From positions 1,317,700-1,341,699 of the forward strand of contig CP076324.1 of the NCBI GenBank assembly GCA_018771605.1: DNA of 24,000 nucleotides, read 5' to 3'. Under the pieces are notes generated by a model. That model did not search any database and was not told the origin of the DNA. It worked only from the letters and a program-made list of their open reading frames with translations. The DNA comes from Aquificota bacterium (lineage in GTDB: Bacteria; Aquificota; Aquificia; Aquificales; Aquificaceae). Below, piece after piece: positions 6,558 to 16,398 of the stretch; within the stretch, counting starts at the first letter, position 1, and every line of letters starts with the position of its first letter. The translations under genes were made by a program, and so were the position numbers.

Positions 6558-7418
6558 ATGCCAACGCTCTTTAGAAAGATAAAGGAGATAAGGAACTACA
6601 TAAGGTCTGTTAAGTGTGAGAACAAGCATACTATAGGCTTTGTTCCTACCATGGGCTATCTGCACGAAGGCCACAGAGAACTAATAAAAAGGTCAAAGAT
6701 ACAAAACGACATTACCATAGTGAGCATATACGTAAATCCGCTTCAATTTGGGCAAGGTGAAGACTTTGACAGATACCCAAGGGACCTTGAGAGGGATATA
6801 AGCATATGCGAAGAGGAAGGCGTAGATGTTGTCTTTGCACCCCTTGACGAAGAAATGTACCCAGAAAAGCCTCTCATAAACATAGAGATAAAAGGCCTCA
6901 CAGACATACTGGAAGGGCAGTTTAGACCGGGACACTTTAACGGCGTTTGTACTGTAGTTCTTAAGCTCTTCAACATAATACAGCCAGACAGGGCCTACTT
7001 TGGTGAAAAGGACTACCAACAGCTAAAGGTAGTAGAAAGGCTTGTAAAGGACCTTAGCATCCCCGTAGAGATAGTGCCAGTGCCTACGGTAAGAGACAAG
7101 GATGGCCTTGCCCTTAGCTCAAGGAATACATACCTAAGGCCAGAGGAAAGAGAATCTGCCCTCTCTCTATATAGGTCCTTTTTGCTTGCGGAAAAGCTCC
7201 TTAGAAACGGAAACAAGGATGCCCAGACTCTTAAGGAAGCTATCAGAGAGTTTATAACAAGGCATCCACATGTGAGAAAGATTGATTATGTGGAGATAAC
7301 CGATGAGAACCTAAGGCCCGTGCAAGAGGTAAAGGAGGGTGATAGAATACTCCTTGCTGTGTGGATTGGAAATACAAGGCTCATAGACAACTGGAGGATA
7401 GGAGATGCAGAACTTTGA
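6558..7418 (+). CDS. panC: Pantoate--beta-alanine ligase (pantothenate synthetase)
   Basis: Supported by [17 protein letters not shown] and the HxGH-type nucleotidyltransferase motif, [16 protein letters not shown] and ALSSRN. The start is moved to ATG 6558 (MPTLFRKI...). The track start at 6528 would lie inside or upstream of the -10 element. Confidence 0.93.
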   Translation: MPTLFRKIKEIRNYIRSVKCENKHTIGFVPTMGYLHEGHRELIKRSKIQNDITIVSIYVNPLQFGQGEDFDRYPRDLERDISICEEEGVDVVFAPLDEEMYPEKPLINIEIKGLTDILEGQFRPGHFNGVCTVVLKLFNIIQPDRAYFGEKDYQQLKVVERLVKDLSIPVEIVPVPTVRDKDGLALSSRNTYLRPEERESALSLYRSFLLAEKLLRNGNKDAQTLKEAIREFITRHPHVRKIDYVEITDENLRPVQEVKEGDRILLAVWIGNTRLIDNWRIGDAEL

Positions 7419-7866
7419 AGGCCTTTTAAAGGCGGAAGGTTTTAGCTTTGGTATAGTTGCCAGCAGGTTTAATCACCTTCTTGTAGACAGGCTAATAGAA
7501 GGTGCCATAGATTGCCTTGTAAGGCATGGAGCTTCAAGAGAAAGCATCTATCTTGTAAGAGTGCCGGGTTCTTGGGAGCTACCAATTGCGGTAAAGGAGC
7601 TAATAAACAAAAGAAAGGTGGACGGTGTGGTAGCCCTTGGCGTTCTCATAAGAGGGCAAACGCCTCACTTTGATTATATAGCCAGTGAGGTAGCAAAGGG
7701 CTTAGCATTGGTAAGCTTGGAAACTGGCAAGCCGGTTAGCTTTGGGGTCATAACTGCGGACACACTTGAACAGGCCATAGAGAGGGCTGGAACAAAGCAA
7801 GGAAACAAAGGCTGGGAAGCTGCCCTCTCTGTTATTGAAATGGTAAACCTTTTGAGAAGTCTTTAA
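7405..7866 (+). CDS. ribH: 6,7-dimethyl-8-ribityllumazine synthase
   Basis: [20 protein letters not shown]...VPGSWELP...[14 protein letters not shown] is diagnostic. It overlaps panC by 14 nt. Confidence 0.93.
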   Translation: MQNFEGLLKAEGFSFGIVASRFNHLLVDRLIEGAIDCLVRHGASRESIYLVRVPGSWELPIAVKELINKRKVDGVVALGVLIRGQTPHFDYIASEVAKGLALVSLETGKPVSFGVITADTLEQAIERAGTKQGNKGWEAALSVIEMVNLLRSL

Positions 7867-8285
7867 TGATATACAAACCACAAGCAAGGAAGGACGCCTT
7901 TTTAGTCCTTTATCAATGGGATATGAAAGGGGAACCTATTGAATCACTCATAGAAGAATACATATCCGCCAACAACATATCCCTCCAAGATAGAAGAAGG
8001 TATATGAGAAAGTTGGTAAGGACCTTCATGGAACATTCAGTAGAAATAGACAAGCTCATAGCCGAGTATTCGGAGAAATGGGACATAGATAGGGTAGGTT
8101 TTATAGAAAGAAATATACTTAGGATAGCCATAGCCGAACTTTTGTATATTTCAGCAAAGAACCCCAAAATTACTATATCTGACTACATAAAATTGGCCCA
8201 AAAGTATGCAGGGAAAAACTGCGCAAGGTTTGTCAATGGTATACTGGGGAGAGTATTGAGGGAGAAGTTGGGCATACAGGATTAG
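7866..8285 (+). CDS. nusB: Transcription antitermination factor NusB
   Basis: ARKDAFLVLYQWD...ERNILRIAIAELLY...FVNGILGRV is the NusB signature. It has a TAATG junction with ribH. Confidence 0.9.
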   Translation: MIYKPQARKDAFLVLYQWDMKGEPIESLIEEYISANNISLQDRRRYMRKLVRTFMEHSVEIDKLIAEYSEKWDIDRVGFIERNILRIAIAELLYISAKNPKITISDYIKLAQKYAGKNCARFVNGILGRVLREKLGIQD

Positions 8286-8479
8286 GGCTTTTCCTTTTCT
8301 TTTATCTCTTGACCATTTACCTCCTTTACCTTTTCTTCCTCTCCAGATATAGCCTTTTTGAAGTTTCTTATACCTTCACCCAAAGCTCTACCGACCTCTG
8401 GAAGTTTGCCAGCGCCAAAAAGCACAAACACCACAAAGAGTATAAGAAGGATTTCTGTGAAGGAAAAATGAGGAATCAT
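8282..8479 (-). CDS. tatA: Twin-arginine translocase subunit TatA/E (65 aa)
   Basis: A short N-terminal TM ([34 protein letters not shown]) carries the FG hinge and an amphipathic helix. Confidence 0.88.
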   Translation of the reverse strand: MIPHFSFTEILLILFVVFVLFGAGKLPEVGRALGEGIRNFKKAISGEEEKVKEVNGQEIKEKEKP

Positions 8480-8652
8480 GCCTGCTCCTTCTTCTCGGGC
8501 TTTTTCTCCTCTTCTTCTCCAGAGAGGGCCTTTTTGAAGTTTCTTATGCCTTCACCAAGCCCCTTACCAAATTCAGGCAACTTTGAAGCTCCAAACATAA
8601 CAAGCACAACCAAAAGTATAAGTATCAACTGCCAAGGTAACGGGAAATGCAT
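8476..8652 (-). CDS. tatA: Second TatA/E paralog (58 aa), not in the supplied ORF track (below its size cut-off)
   Basis: My translation of the minus strand is [58 protein letters not shown]. Its stop overlaps the downstream tatA start (ATGA at 8476-8479). It is 177 nt long. Confidence 0.85.
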   Translation of the reverse strand: MHFPLPWQLILILLVVLVMFGASKLPEFGKGLGEGIRNFKKALSGEEEEKKPEKKEQA

Positions 8653-8688
8653 CTTTCACCTCCTTTTAATAAATTATAACCCTACCCC

Positions 8689-8717
8689 TTGACATAGGCA
8701 AGGTTATGGACTATGAT
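8689..8717 (+). promoter_or_regulatory. Near-consensus sigma70-type promoter for the cold-shock gene (TTGACA-N17-TATGAT)
   Basis: TTGACA at 8689-8694, a 17-nt spacer, then TATGAT at 8712-8717. This predicts a 5' UTR of about 75-80 nt before the ATG at 8801. Confidence 0.6.
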
Positions 8718-8800
8718 TATAGGTAGGCAAGTAAGGAAAGGGAGGGCGCCTTACCTTTCTAAGCTTGCTAAGTAATAATTTTTAAGGAGGTTTTTGTTCC

Positions 8801-9010
8801 ATGCCACTCACAGGTACAGTCAAATGGTTCAGCAAAGAAAAGGGTTATGGTTTTATAACCCGTGATGATAATCAGGGGGATGTGTTTGTACACTTCTCCG
8901 CTATACAGCAAAGAGGCTTCAAGACACTTCAGCAAGGTCAAAGGGTTGAGTTTGAGGTAGAACAGGATACAAAAGGTTTAAGAGCTAAAAACGTAAGAGT
9001 TATCTCCTAA
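8801..9010 (+). CDS. csp: Cold-shock domain protein (CspA family)
   Basis: [15 protein letters not shown] (RNP1) and DVFVHFSAI (RNP2) are present. It is 69 aa with an SD of AAGGAGG. Confidence 0.95.
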   Translation: MPLTGTVKWFSKEKGYGFITRDDNQGDVFVHFSAIQQRGFKTLQQGQRVEFEVEQDTKGLRAKNVRVIS

Positions 9011-9018
9011 GGCTGATA

Positions 9019-9036
9019 AGCCCCCTTCCGGGGGCT
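9019..9036 (+). terminator. Stem-loop downstream of csp (AGCCCCC-TTCC-GGGGGCT)
   Basis: A 7-bp GC-rich stem with a 4-nt loop starts 9 nt after the csp stop. It is followed by an A/T-rich tract but not a clean U-run. Confidence 0.5.
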
Positions 9037-9049
9037 ATAATTAAACTTT

Positions 9050-10276
9050 ATGCGTGTTTATGACCTTTATAAGGGTAAAGACTACCACATAGTTCCAACC
9101 TTAGAAAGAATAGAAAGGGCCGTAGATTATCTTGGTTTAAAGCCTTCCTACGCATCTATTCAGGTGGGAGGGACCAACGGTAAAGGTTCTACCTGTGCCT
9201 TCATAAGCAATCTATTGCAACATCACGGTTATAAAGTTGGCTGGTTTGTATCTCCACACCTCTTTGATGAAAGGGAAAGGTGGAGGATTAACGGAAGGAA
9301 AATACCGGAAGAAAGGCTATCCGACTTAATAAAAGAGCTTAAAAATGTTTTTGAAAGGTTTGAACTTACCTATTTTGAGGCATGCACTCTTTTGGCGCTA
9401 AGATTCTTTGAAGAGGAAGGGGTTGATCTTGCAGTCTTTGAAGTGGGCATGGGTGGAAGGTGGGATGCCACAAAGGTGTGCTTGCCAGAGGTGTGCGTAA
9501 TAACAAACATACAGAGGGACCATACAAAGTGGCTGGGTGCAGACTGCGAGAGTAGGGCCGTAGAAAAGCTTGGTATATACAGAAGGGGAAAGCCCTTGGT
9601 CCTTGGAAGTATGAGGTACCCACTATATCCCAAGGCTTTGGAAATGTGCAGGGAGGAAGACCTTTATGTGGCGGGCATTGACTTTTTTTCTTACGGAAGG
9701 GTGGAGGGGCTTACCACTTTGATGGACTTTTACAAAGATGATGCTATGGACATAAAAGAGGTGGAGCTTGGCCTATGGGGAAGGTATCAGATAGACAACG
9801 CAAGCCTTGCCCTAAGGGCCACAGGCCTTTTGATAAAACTTGAAGAACAAAGGGTAAGAAGGGCGTTGAAAAATACAAGATGGGAAGGCAGGATGGAGAT
9901 AGTAAGGAAGGACCCTCTACTCATACTGGATGGCGCTCACAATCCCGATGGTGTGGCCAGGGTTGTAAAAGAGGTTAAAAGCCACCTTGGAGGCCTTACA
10001 CCAGTTTTTACAGCCTTACGTGAAAAGGAATGGGACCTATCTCTAACATACCTTAGAAGCCTATCGGACAAGCTTTACCTTGTTCCCATAAAACACCATA
10101 GAGGAGAAGATATACAAAAGGTCTATCAGAAGGCAAAAGAATTGGGCTTTAAGGAAATCCATCTTCTTGAAGAGGCACGCCAAGCCTTGGACCTTCAGGA
10201 GGATATAATAGTCCTTGGGTCCCTTTACCTTATAGGAGAAATAAAGGAAATACTTGAGGGAGTGCATGAAGGTTAA
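9050..10276 (+). CDS. folC: Bifunctional folylpolyglutamate synthase / dihydrofolate synthase
   Basis: Mur-ligase-type P-loop VGGTNGKGST, plus TNIQRDHTKWLG and DGAHNPDG. Confidence 0.9.
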   Translation: MRVYDLYKGKDYHIVPTLERIERAVDYLGLKPSYASIQVGGTNGKGSTCAFISNLLQHHGYKVGWFVSPHLFDERERWRINGRKIPEERLSDLIKELKNVFERFELTYFEACTLLALRFFEEEGVDLAVFEVGMGGRWDATKVCLPEVCVITNIQRDHTKWLGADCESRAVEKLGIYRRGKPLVLGSMRYPLYPKALEMCREEDLYVAGIDFFSYGRVEGLTTLMDFYKDDAMDIKEVELGLWGRYQIDNASLALRATGLLIKLEEQRVRRALKNTRWEGRMEIVRKDPLLILDGAHNPDGVARVVKEVKSHLGGLTPVFTALREKEWDLSLTYLRSLSDKLYLVPIKHHRGEDIQKVYQKAKELGFKEIHLLEEARQALDLQEDIIVLGSLYLIGEIKEILEGVHEG

Positions 10277-10803
10277 GTTCGTTGGTAGTTTTAAGAAGGA
10301 CTTTCCTAAGGATGAGAGAAGGCATGTGGTCTTTGCAGGAAGGTCCAACGTAGGTAAATCCTCCCTTATAAACATGGTGGTGGGGCAGGATATAGCAAGG
10401 GTGAGCAAAGAACCCGGAAGGACAAGGAGCGTTAATTTTTTCCTCCTTGAGGATTATGATGTTTATCTTGTGGACCTGCCCGGCTATGGCTTTGCAAAGG
10501 TCTCAAAGGCAGAAAGGGAAAAGTGGCGTGCAATGATAGAAGATTATTTTAAAAGCTGTTGGGAGAATATAAGGGTTGTCTTTTTGCTTATAGATAGCCT
10601 TGTGGGACCTACGGATTTGGATGTGCAAGCCATTGAATGGTTTGAGGGCTTAAGGCTTCCATATATTATAGTTCTTACCAAGTGTGATAGAGCTACACAG
10701 AAGGATATACACCAAGCTATCAAAAAGGTAAAGGAAGTCTCCTCAGCCACAGTTATACAGACTTCTTCAAAAGAGGGAAGAGGAAAAAAGGAGATTTTAA
10801 AGT

Positions 10804-10817
<14 letters not shown>
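10266..10817 (+). CDS. engB: Ribosome-biogenesis GTPase EngB/YsxC
   Basis: VVFAGRSNVGKSSLIN (G1), DLPGYGFAKV (G3) and TKCD (G4). I prefer ATG 10266, preceded by GAGGGA, over the track's TTG at 10254. Confidence 0.9.
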
Positions 10818-12656
<1,839 letters not shown>

Positions 12657-12676
12657 GATATAATTTTATATAGATA

Positions 12677-12749
12677 CGGGGTGTAGCTCAGGTGGCAGAG
12701 CGTTGGCTTTGGGAGCCAAAGGTCGCAGGTTCAAGTCCTGCCACCCCGA
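12677..12749 (+). tRNA. tRNA-Pro (anticodon UGG), CCA not encoded
   Basis: Manual cloverleaf: acceptor CGGGGTG/CACCCCG, D arm GCTC-8nt-GAGC, anticodon stem TTGGC/GCCAA with loop TTTGGGA, 5-nt variable loop, T arm GCAGG-TTCAAGT-CCTGC, discriminator A. Total 73 nt. Confidence 0.9.
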
Positions 12750-12823
12750 GGGTCCGTAGCTCAGCTGGACAGAGCAAGGGATTTCTAATCCCTAGGTCGG
12801 GGGTTCGAGTCCCTCCGGACCCG
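12750..12823 (+). tRNA. tRNA-Arg (anticodon UCU), CCA not encoded
   Basis: Manual cloverleaf: acceptor GGGTCCG/CGGACCC, D arm GCTC-9nt-GAGC, anticodon stem AGGGA/TCCCT with loop TTTCTAA, T arm GGGGG-TTCGAGT-CCCTC, discriminator G. Total 74 nt. It starts on the nucleotide right after the tRNA-Pro discriminator. Confidence 0.9.
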
Positions 12824-13438
12824 CTTTTCTTCATCCACGGATGGGGATTTAGTTCAAGAGTCCTAAAAAACATACCATCCATAGACTTACCCTTTCATGG
12901 AAGAAGTACCCTTGAATACAAGGACCTTTGGAGTCTTGCAAGGGATATAGCCTTAAGGGTGGAAAAGGGTTCCCTTCTGATAGGTTGGTCGCTGGGCGCA
13001 AGCTTGGCTCTTATGATGGCATATATGTTGCCAGATAGGTTTAGGGGGCTTTTGCTCATTGGGGCATGTGCATGCTTCTCTTGTGCTTGGCCAGAGAAGA
13101 ACCTTAGAGGTTTTATGCTAAGGCTTGAAAGGGACAGAGAAAGCTTTCTAAAAGAGTTCAGGGCCTTAGCCTATCCCAAGCCTTTTGAGGATAGCCTTAA
13201 CCTTGAGGGTGCAAGGGAGATGTTAAAGGATTATATGAAATTGGACCTAAGGCCCATACTACCATACATAAGACAAAGGACCATAATCTTGCACGGCACA
13301 GAGGACCCCATAGCACCCTTTAGCTCATCCCTTGCCCTTTACAACATGATAAAAAGGTCTAAATTAATAACCTTCTTAGGAGGACATTTCCCAAAGGATG
13401 AAAGTCTTATCTTTAAAGTTCTCAAGAGCGTGCAATAG
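12824..13438 (+). CDS. Alpha/beta-hydrolase, probable pimeloyl-ACP methyl ester esterase (BioH-like by context); start codon unresolved
   Basis: FFIHGWGF (oxyanion-hole HG), GWSLGAS (nucleophile elbow), LHGTEDP and GGHFP give an S-D-H triad. It lies directly upstream of and overlapping bioC. There is no ATG/GTG/TTG in frame between the tRNA-Arg 3' end and the HGWG motif. The track ORF (from 12692) reads through both tRNAs. Confidence 0.6.
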   Translation, partial: LFFIHGWGFSSRVLKNIPSIDLPFHGRSTLEYKDLWSLARDIALRVEKGSLLIGWSLGASLALMMAYMLPDRFRGLLLIGACACFSCAWPEKNLRGFMLRLERDRESFLKEFRALAYPKPFEDSLNLEGAREMLKDYMKLDLRPILPYIRQRTIILHGTEDPIAPFSSSLALYNMIKRSKLITFLGGHFPKDESLIFKVLKSVQ

Positions 13439-14054
13439 CTACGAAGATTGGGCTCTGCCCCAAAGGTACTCTGCAGAAAGGCTAAAAAGAATTGAAGATA
13501 TAAAAGGGTCTGTGCTTGATGTGGGCTGTGGCACTGGCCTTATGAGTCAAGGATTGCAAGAGGTGATGGGTGTGGATATTGCCATGGGTATGGCAAGGGT
13601 ATATAAGGAAAGGTTTGGGAAGGTGGTGCTTGGAGATGCCCATAATTTACCCTTCAAGGATAAAAGCTTTGACTGTGTGGTTAGCAACTTCGCCCTTCAT
13701 TGGACAGACATAAATAAAAGCCTGCCGGAGGCTTTGAGGGTTTGTAAAAGGCTTTTTTTATGTGCTTTGCCAGTGGAAGGTAGCCTCCCACAAACAGGCT
13801 TCCCCTTCCCAAAGGTAGAGGAAGTAGGGTCCATTCTTGAAAGTAAGGCGACAATAAAGAGTTTTTTTGTTGAGGATATTCTTATCCCCTTTCAAGGCTG
13901 GGATTTGATACGGTTTTTCCACTATACGGGTTCTTCCTATAATCCTCTCCTCAAAGGTGGTATAATCTCAAAGAGGAGGCTTGAAAGTATGATAAAAACG
14001 ATTGACAAGCCCCTTTTTAGGGTCCTATTCTTTTCCTGTGAGGTAAAAGGATGA
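13398..14054 (+). CDS. bioC: Malonyl-ACP O-methyltransferase BioC (class I SAM methyltransferase)
   Basis: N-terminal FSRACNSYEDWALPQR (BioC-type), SAM motif I VLDVGCGTGL, and SNFALHW. Confidence 0.8.
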   Translation: MKVLSLKFSRACNSYEDWALPQRYSAERLKRIEDIKGSVLDVGCGTGLMSQGLQEVMGVDIAMGMARVYKERFGKVVLGDAHNLPFKDKSFDCVVSNFALHWTDINKSLPEALRVCKRLFLCALPVEGSLPQTGFPFPKVEEVGSILESKATIKSFFVEDILIPFQGWDLIRFFHYTGSSYNPLLKGGIISKRRLESMIKTIDKPLFRVLFFSCEVKG

Positions 14055-15460
14055 AGAGGAGGTTAAAGATGCTATCCTTCTTATCGGTTTTTTTCTTGCT
14101 TTCTTCCCTGTTCTTTAGCTGCAAAGCACAGCAAAAGGAAGCCCAACCTACAAAAGAAGAAAAGCCTGTAATAACCTCCAACGTGCTTTCTCAGTTTGAA
14201 CAGGAGCTTACCACCATAGTGGAAGCCGTATCCCCTTCTGTGGTAACCATATTTGCAACGCAAGAAGTATCGGGCATAGAAGTTCCCTTCCCCTTCCCAT
14301 TCCAAATACCACCACAGGAGAGAAGGTCCCTTGGTTCTGGTGTAATAATAGACCACAAAAAGGGTAAGTTTTATATACTTACCAACAGTCATGTGGTACA
14401 GAATGCCAGGGCAATAACTGTAAGGTTTGATAAGCACACAGAAAAAAAGGCAAGGATAGTTGGCACAGACCCCAAAACGGATGTGGCTGTGATAGAGGTG
14501 GATGATAAGGATATACCAGACCCCCAAAGTAGGATAGCCAAGCTTGGAGATTCTGACAAACTAAAGGTTGGACAATTGGTAATAGCCATAGGAAATCCTT
14601 ATGGTTTGGAAAGAACTGTAACCGTTGGCGTGGTGTCTGCCCTGAGAAGGGCCATAGGTATTACCCAGTATGAAAGCTTTATACAAACAGACGCAGCCAT
14701 AAACCCGGGCAACTCTGGCGGACCCCTTGTAAATATAAAAGGCGAGGTAATAGGTATAAACACGGCCATTTTGGCAGAAGGTCAAGGCCTTGGCTTTGCC
14801 ATACCCATAAACTTAGCCAAGTGGGTGGCGGACCAACTTATAGAAAAGGGTAAGGTGGTAAGAGGATGGCTTGGGGTGGTAATACAGGACATAACGCCAG
14901 AAATGGCAGAAAGCCTAGGTGTGAAAGAAGGTGTAATAATAGCACAGATTATGCCAGGAAGCCCTGCAGATAAGGGAGGTCTTAGGGTAGGGGATATAGT
15001 GGTGGAGATAGATGGTCAAAAGGTTAATGAGGTGAGGGAGCTACAATTTAAGATAATGAGAACACCGCCTGGTAAAGAAGTTAATATGAAGGTCATAAGG
15101 GAAGGTAAGGAGATAAGCCTTAGGGTAAAAGTGGGTGAGATGCCAGAAGATAGGCAGGTGGGAGAGCAGGACCAAACACAAACAGACATAGGTCTTATGC
15201 TAAGAGAGCTTACACCTGAGGAAGAAAAAAGGTTTGGTGTTAAGGGTTTGCTTGTGGTTGGTGTGGCGCCCAACAGCCTTGCCATGCAAAGCGGTATATT
15301 GCCAGGTGATATAATACTCCAAGTGGGCAACAGACCTGTATACAGTGTAAAGGACTTTCAACAAAGTATAGAAGCCTTAAGGCAGGGGGGTAAAAATAGC
15401 GTCCTCCTACTCATAAGAAGGAGAGGGAATAACCTCTTTTTAGTCTTAAGGTTGAGGTAG
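14051..15460 (+). CDS. htrA: Periplasmic serine endoprotease, HtrA/DegP/DegQ family, two PDZ domains
   Basis: Signal peptide, the trypsin-like catalytic triad context (TNSHVV, TDVAVI, GNSGGPL) and two PDZ-like repeats (GVIIAQIMPGSPADKGGLRVGDIV; GLLVVGVAPNSLAMQSGILPGDII). It has an ATGA overlap with bioC. Confidence 0.92.
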   Translation: MKRRLKMLSFLSVFFLLSSLFFSCKAQQKEAQPTKEEKPVITSNVLSQFEQELTTIVEAVSPSVVTIFATQEVSGIEVPFPFPFQIPPQERRSLGSGVIIDHKKGKFYILTNSHVVQNARAITVRFDKHTEKKARIVGTDPKTDVAVIEVDDKDIPDPQSRIAKLGDSDKLKVGQLVIAIGNPYGLERTVTVGVVSALRRAIGITQYESFIQTDAAINPGNSGGPLVNIKGEVIGINTAILAEGQGLGFAIPINLAKWVADQLIEKGKVVRGWLGVVIQDITPEMAESLGVKEGVIIAQIMPGSPADKGGLRVGDIVVEIDGQKVNEVRELQFKIMRTPPGKEVNMKVIREGKEISLRVKVGEMPEDRQVGEQDQTQTDIGLMLRELTPEEEKRFGVKGLLVVGVAPNSLAMQSGILPGDIILQVGNRPVYSVKDFQQSIEALRQGGKNSVLLLIRRRGNNLFLVLRLR

Positions 15461-15465
15461 GAAAG

Positions 15466-16398
15466 ATGATACCAGATACAGAGCAAGAGATCATAAACCA
15501 ATACCTTAAAAAGGTTTCCAAAATACCCCTCCTCACTCCCGAGGAGGAGAAGGAAGTGGCCAGAAGGGCAAAGGAAGGCGACCCACAGGCCTTTAGGAGG
15601 CTTGTGGAGGCAAACCTAAGATTTGTTATAAGCATAGCCAAACAATACCTTGGGTATGGTCTTCCCCTTTCCGAATTGATCGCCGCTGGCAACCATGGAC
15701 TAATAGAGGCGGCCAAAAGATTTGACCCAGATAGGGGCGTAAAGTTTATATCTTATGCCGTTTGGTGGATAAGGCAGGCAATTATGCAGGCACTTTCCCA
15801 ACAAACGGGAGCAGTGAGAATACCAATAAAACAATCCCATCTTATAAACCGTATTAGCAGTATATACAGCAGGCTATACAGGGAGTTTGAAAGGGAACCA
15901 ACTTCTGAAGAGATAGCCTATGAATATACAAAGGAGATACTTCAAAAGGAGCTTGAAAAGGAGCTTGGAAGGGAGCCAACCGAGGAAGAGATAGAAAAAA
16001 GGATAAAAAAGGAAGGTTATAAGATAAGCCCGGAGGAAGTGGAGAAGTGTTTACAGCTTTGCAGGGTTCCTCTATCCCTTGATGCGCCAGTGGGCGAAAA
16101 CGAGGATACTTCCTTTGTGGACTTTTTGAGCCAACACGGCACTGCGGACGTGGAAGAAAAGATAATAAACGAAGTTTTGGAAAAGGAGATAGAGGACCTG
16201 TTGGATAAACTTCCCGAAAAGGAAAGAAGGGTTATAGAGCTTAGGTTTGGTCTAAGGGGTGAGGAGCCAAGGACGCTAAGGGAGATAGGTGAAATTTTGC
16301 AGATATCAAGGGAAAGAGTGCGTCAGCTTGAGACAAGGGCGCTTAGAAAGCTAAGAAATATGGCTATGAAAAGGCATCTTAAAGACTTTTTAAGCTGA
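15466..16398 (+). CDS. RNA polymerase sigma factor, sigma-70 family group 1/2-like (RpoD/RpoS-like, no region 1.1)
   Basis: Region 2 (RLVEANLRFVISIAKQY, FISYAVWWIRQAI), region 3 (GREPTEEEI...) and region 4.2 (LREIGEILQISRERVRQLETRALRKLR). Confidence 0.88.
   Translation: MIPDTEQEIINQYLKKVSKIPLLTPEEEKEVARRAKEGDPQAFRRLVEANLRFVISIAKQYLGYGLPLSELIAAGNHGLIEAAKRFDPDRGVKFISYAVWWIRQAIMQALSQQTGAVRIPIKQSHLINRISSIYSRLYREFEREPTSEEIAYEYTKEILQKELEKELGREPTEEEIEKRIKKEGYKISPEEVEKCLQLCRVPLSLDAPVGENEDTSFVDFLSQHGTADVEEKIINEVLEKEIEDLLDKLPEKERRVIELRFGLRGEEPRTLREIGEILQISRERVRQLETRALRKLRNMAMKRHLKDFLS

Noticed and set aside
8309-8692. The 127-aa plus-strand ORF.
   Set aside because: It is antisense to both tatA genes, has no SD and an implausible composition. 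The minus strand encodes two textbook TatA proteins.
12692-12823. The N-terminal 44 codons of the 248-aa track ORF (MAERWLWEPKVAGSSPATPRVRSSAGQSKGFLIPRSGVRVPPDP).
   Set aside because: This stretch is exactly the tRNA-Pro and tRNA-Arg genes read as protein. The cloverleaves are perfect, so the coding call there is an artefact. Only the part from 12824 onward looks like a real alpha/beta-hydrolase.
12824-12850. A possible terminator hairpin (CATCC-ACG-GGATG) after tRNA-Arg.
   Set aside because: It has only a 5-bp stem with a 3-nt loop, the T-run precedes rather than follows it, and it lies inside the esterase reading frame.
12688-12882. The 64-aa minus-strand ORF across the tRNAs.
   Set aside because: It is antisense to two tRNA genes. 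The open frame is due to GC-rich stems.
12677-14054. The idea that the tRNA pair marks an integrated mobile element (tRNA genes are common att sites).
   Set aside because: I found no integrase, no direct repeat of the tRNA 3' end, and the downstream genes are biotin-pathway and housekeeping genes.
14051-14125. A possible lipoprotein lipobox (LFFSC) in the HtrA signal peptide.
   Set aside because: The residues at -3 to -1 (F-F-S) are a poor match to L-[AS]-[GA]-C. An ordinary signal peptidase I signal is more likely, and this is not decidable by eye.
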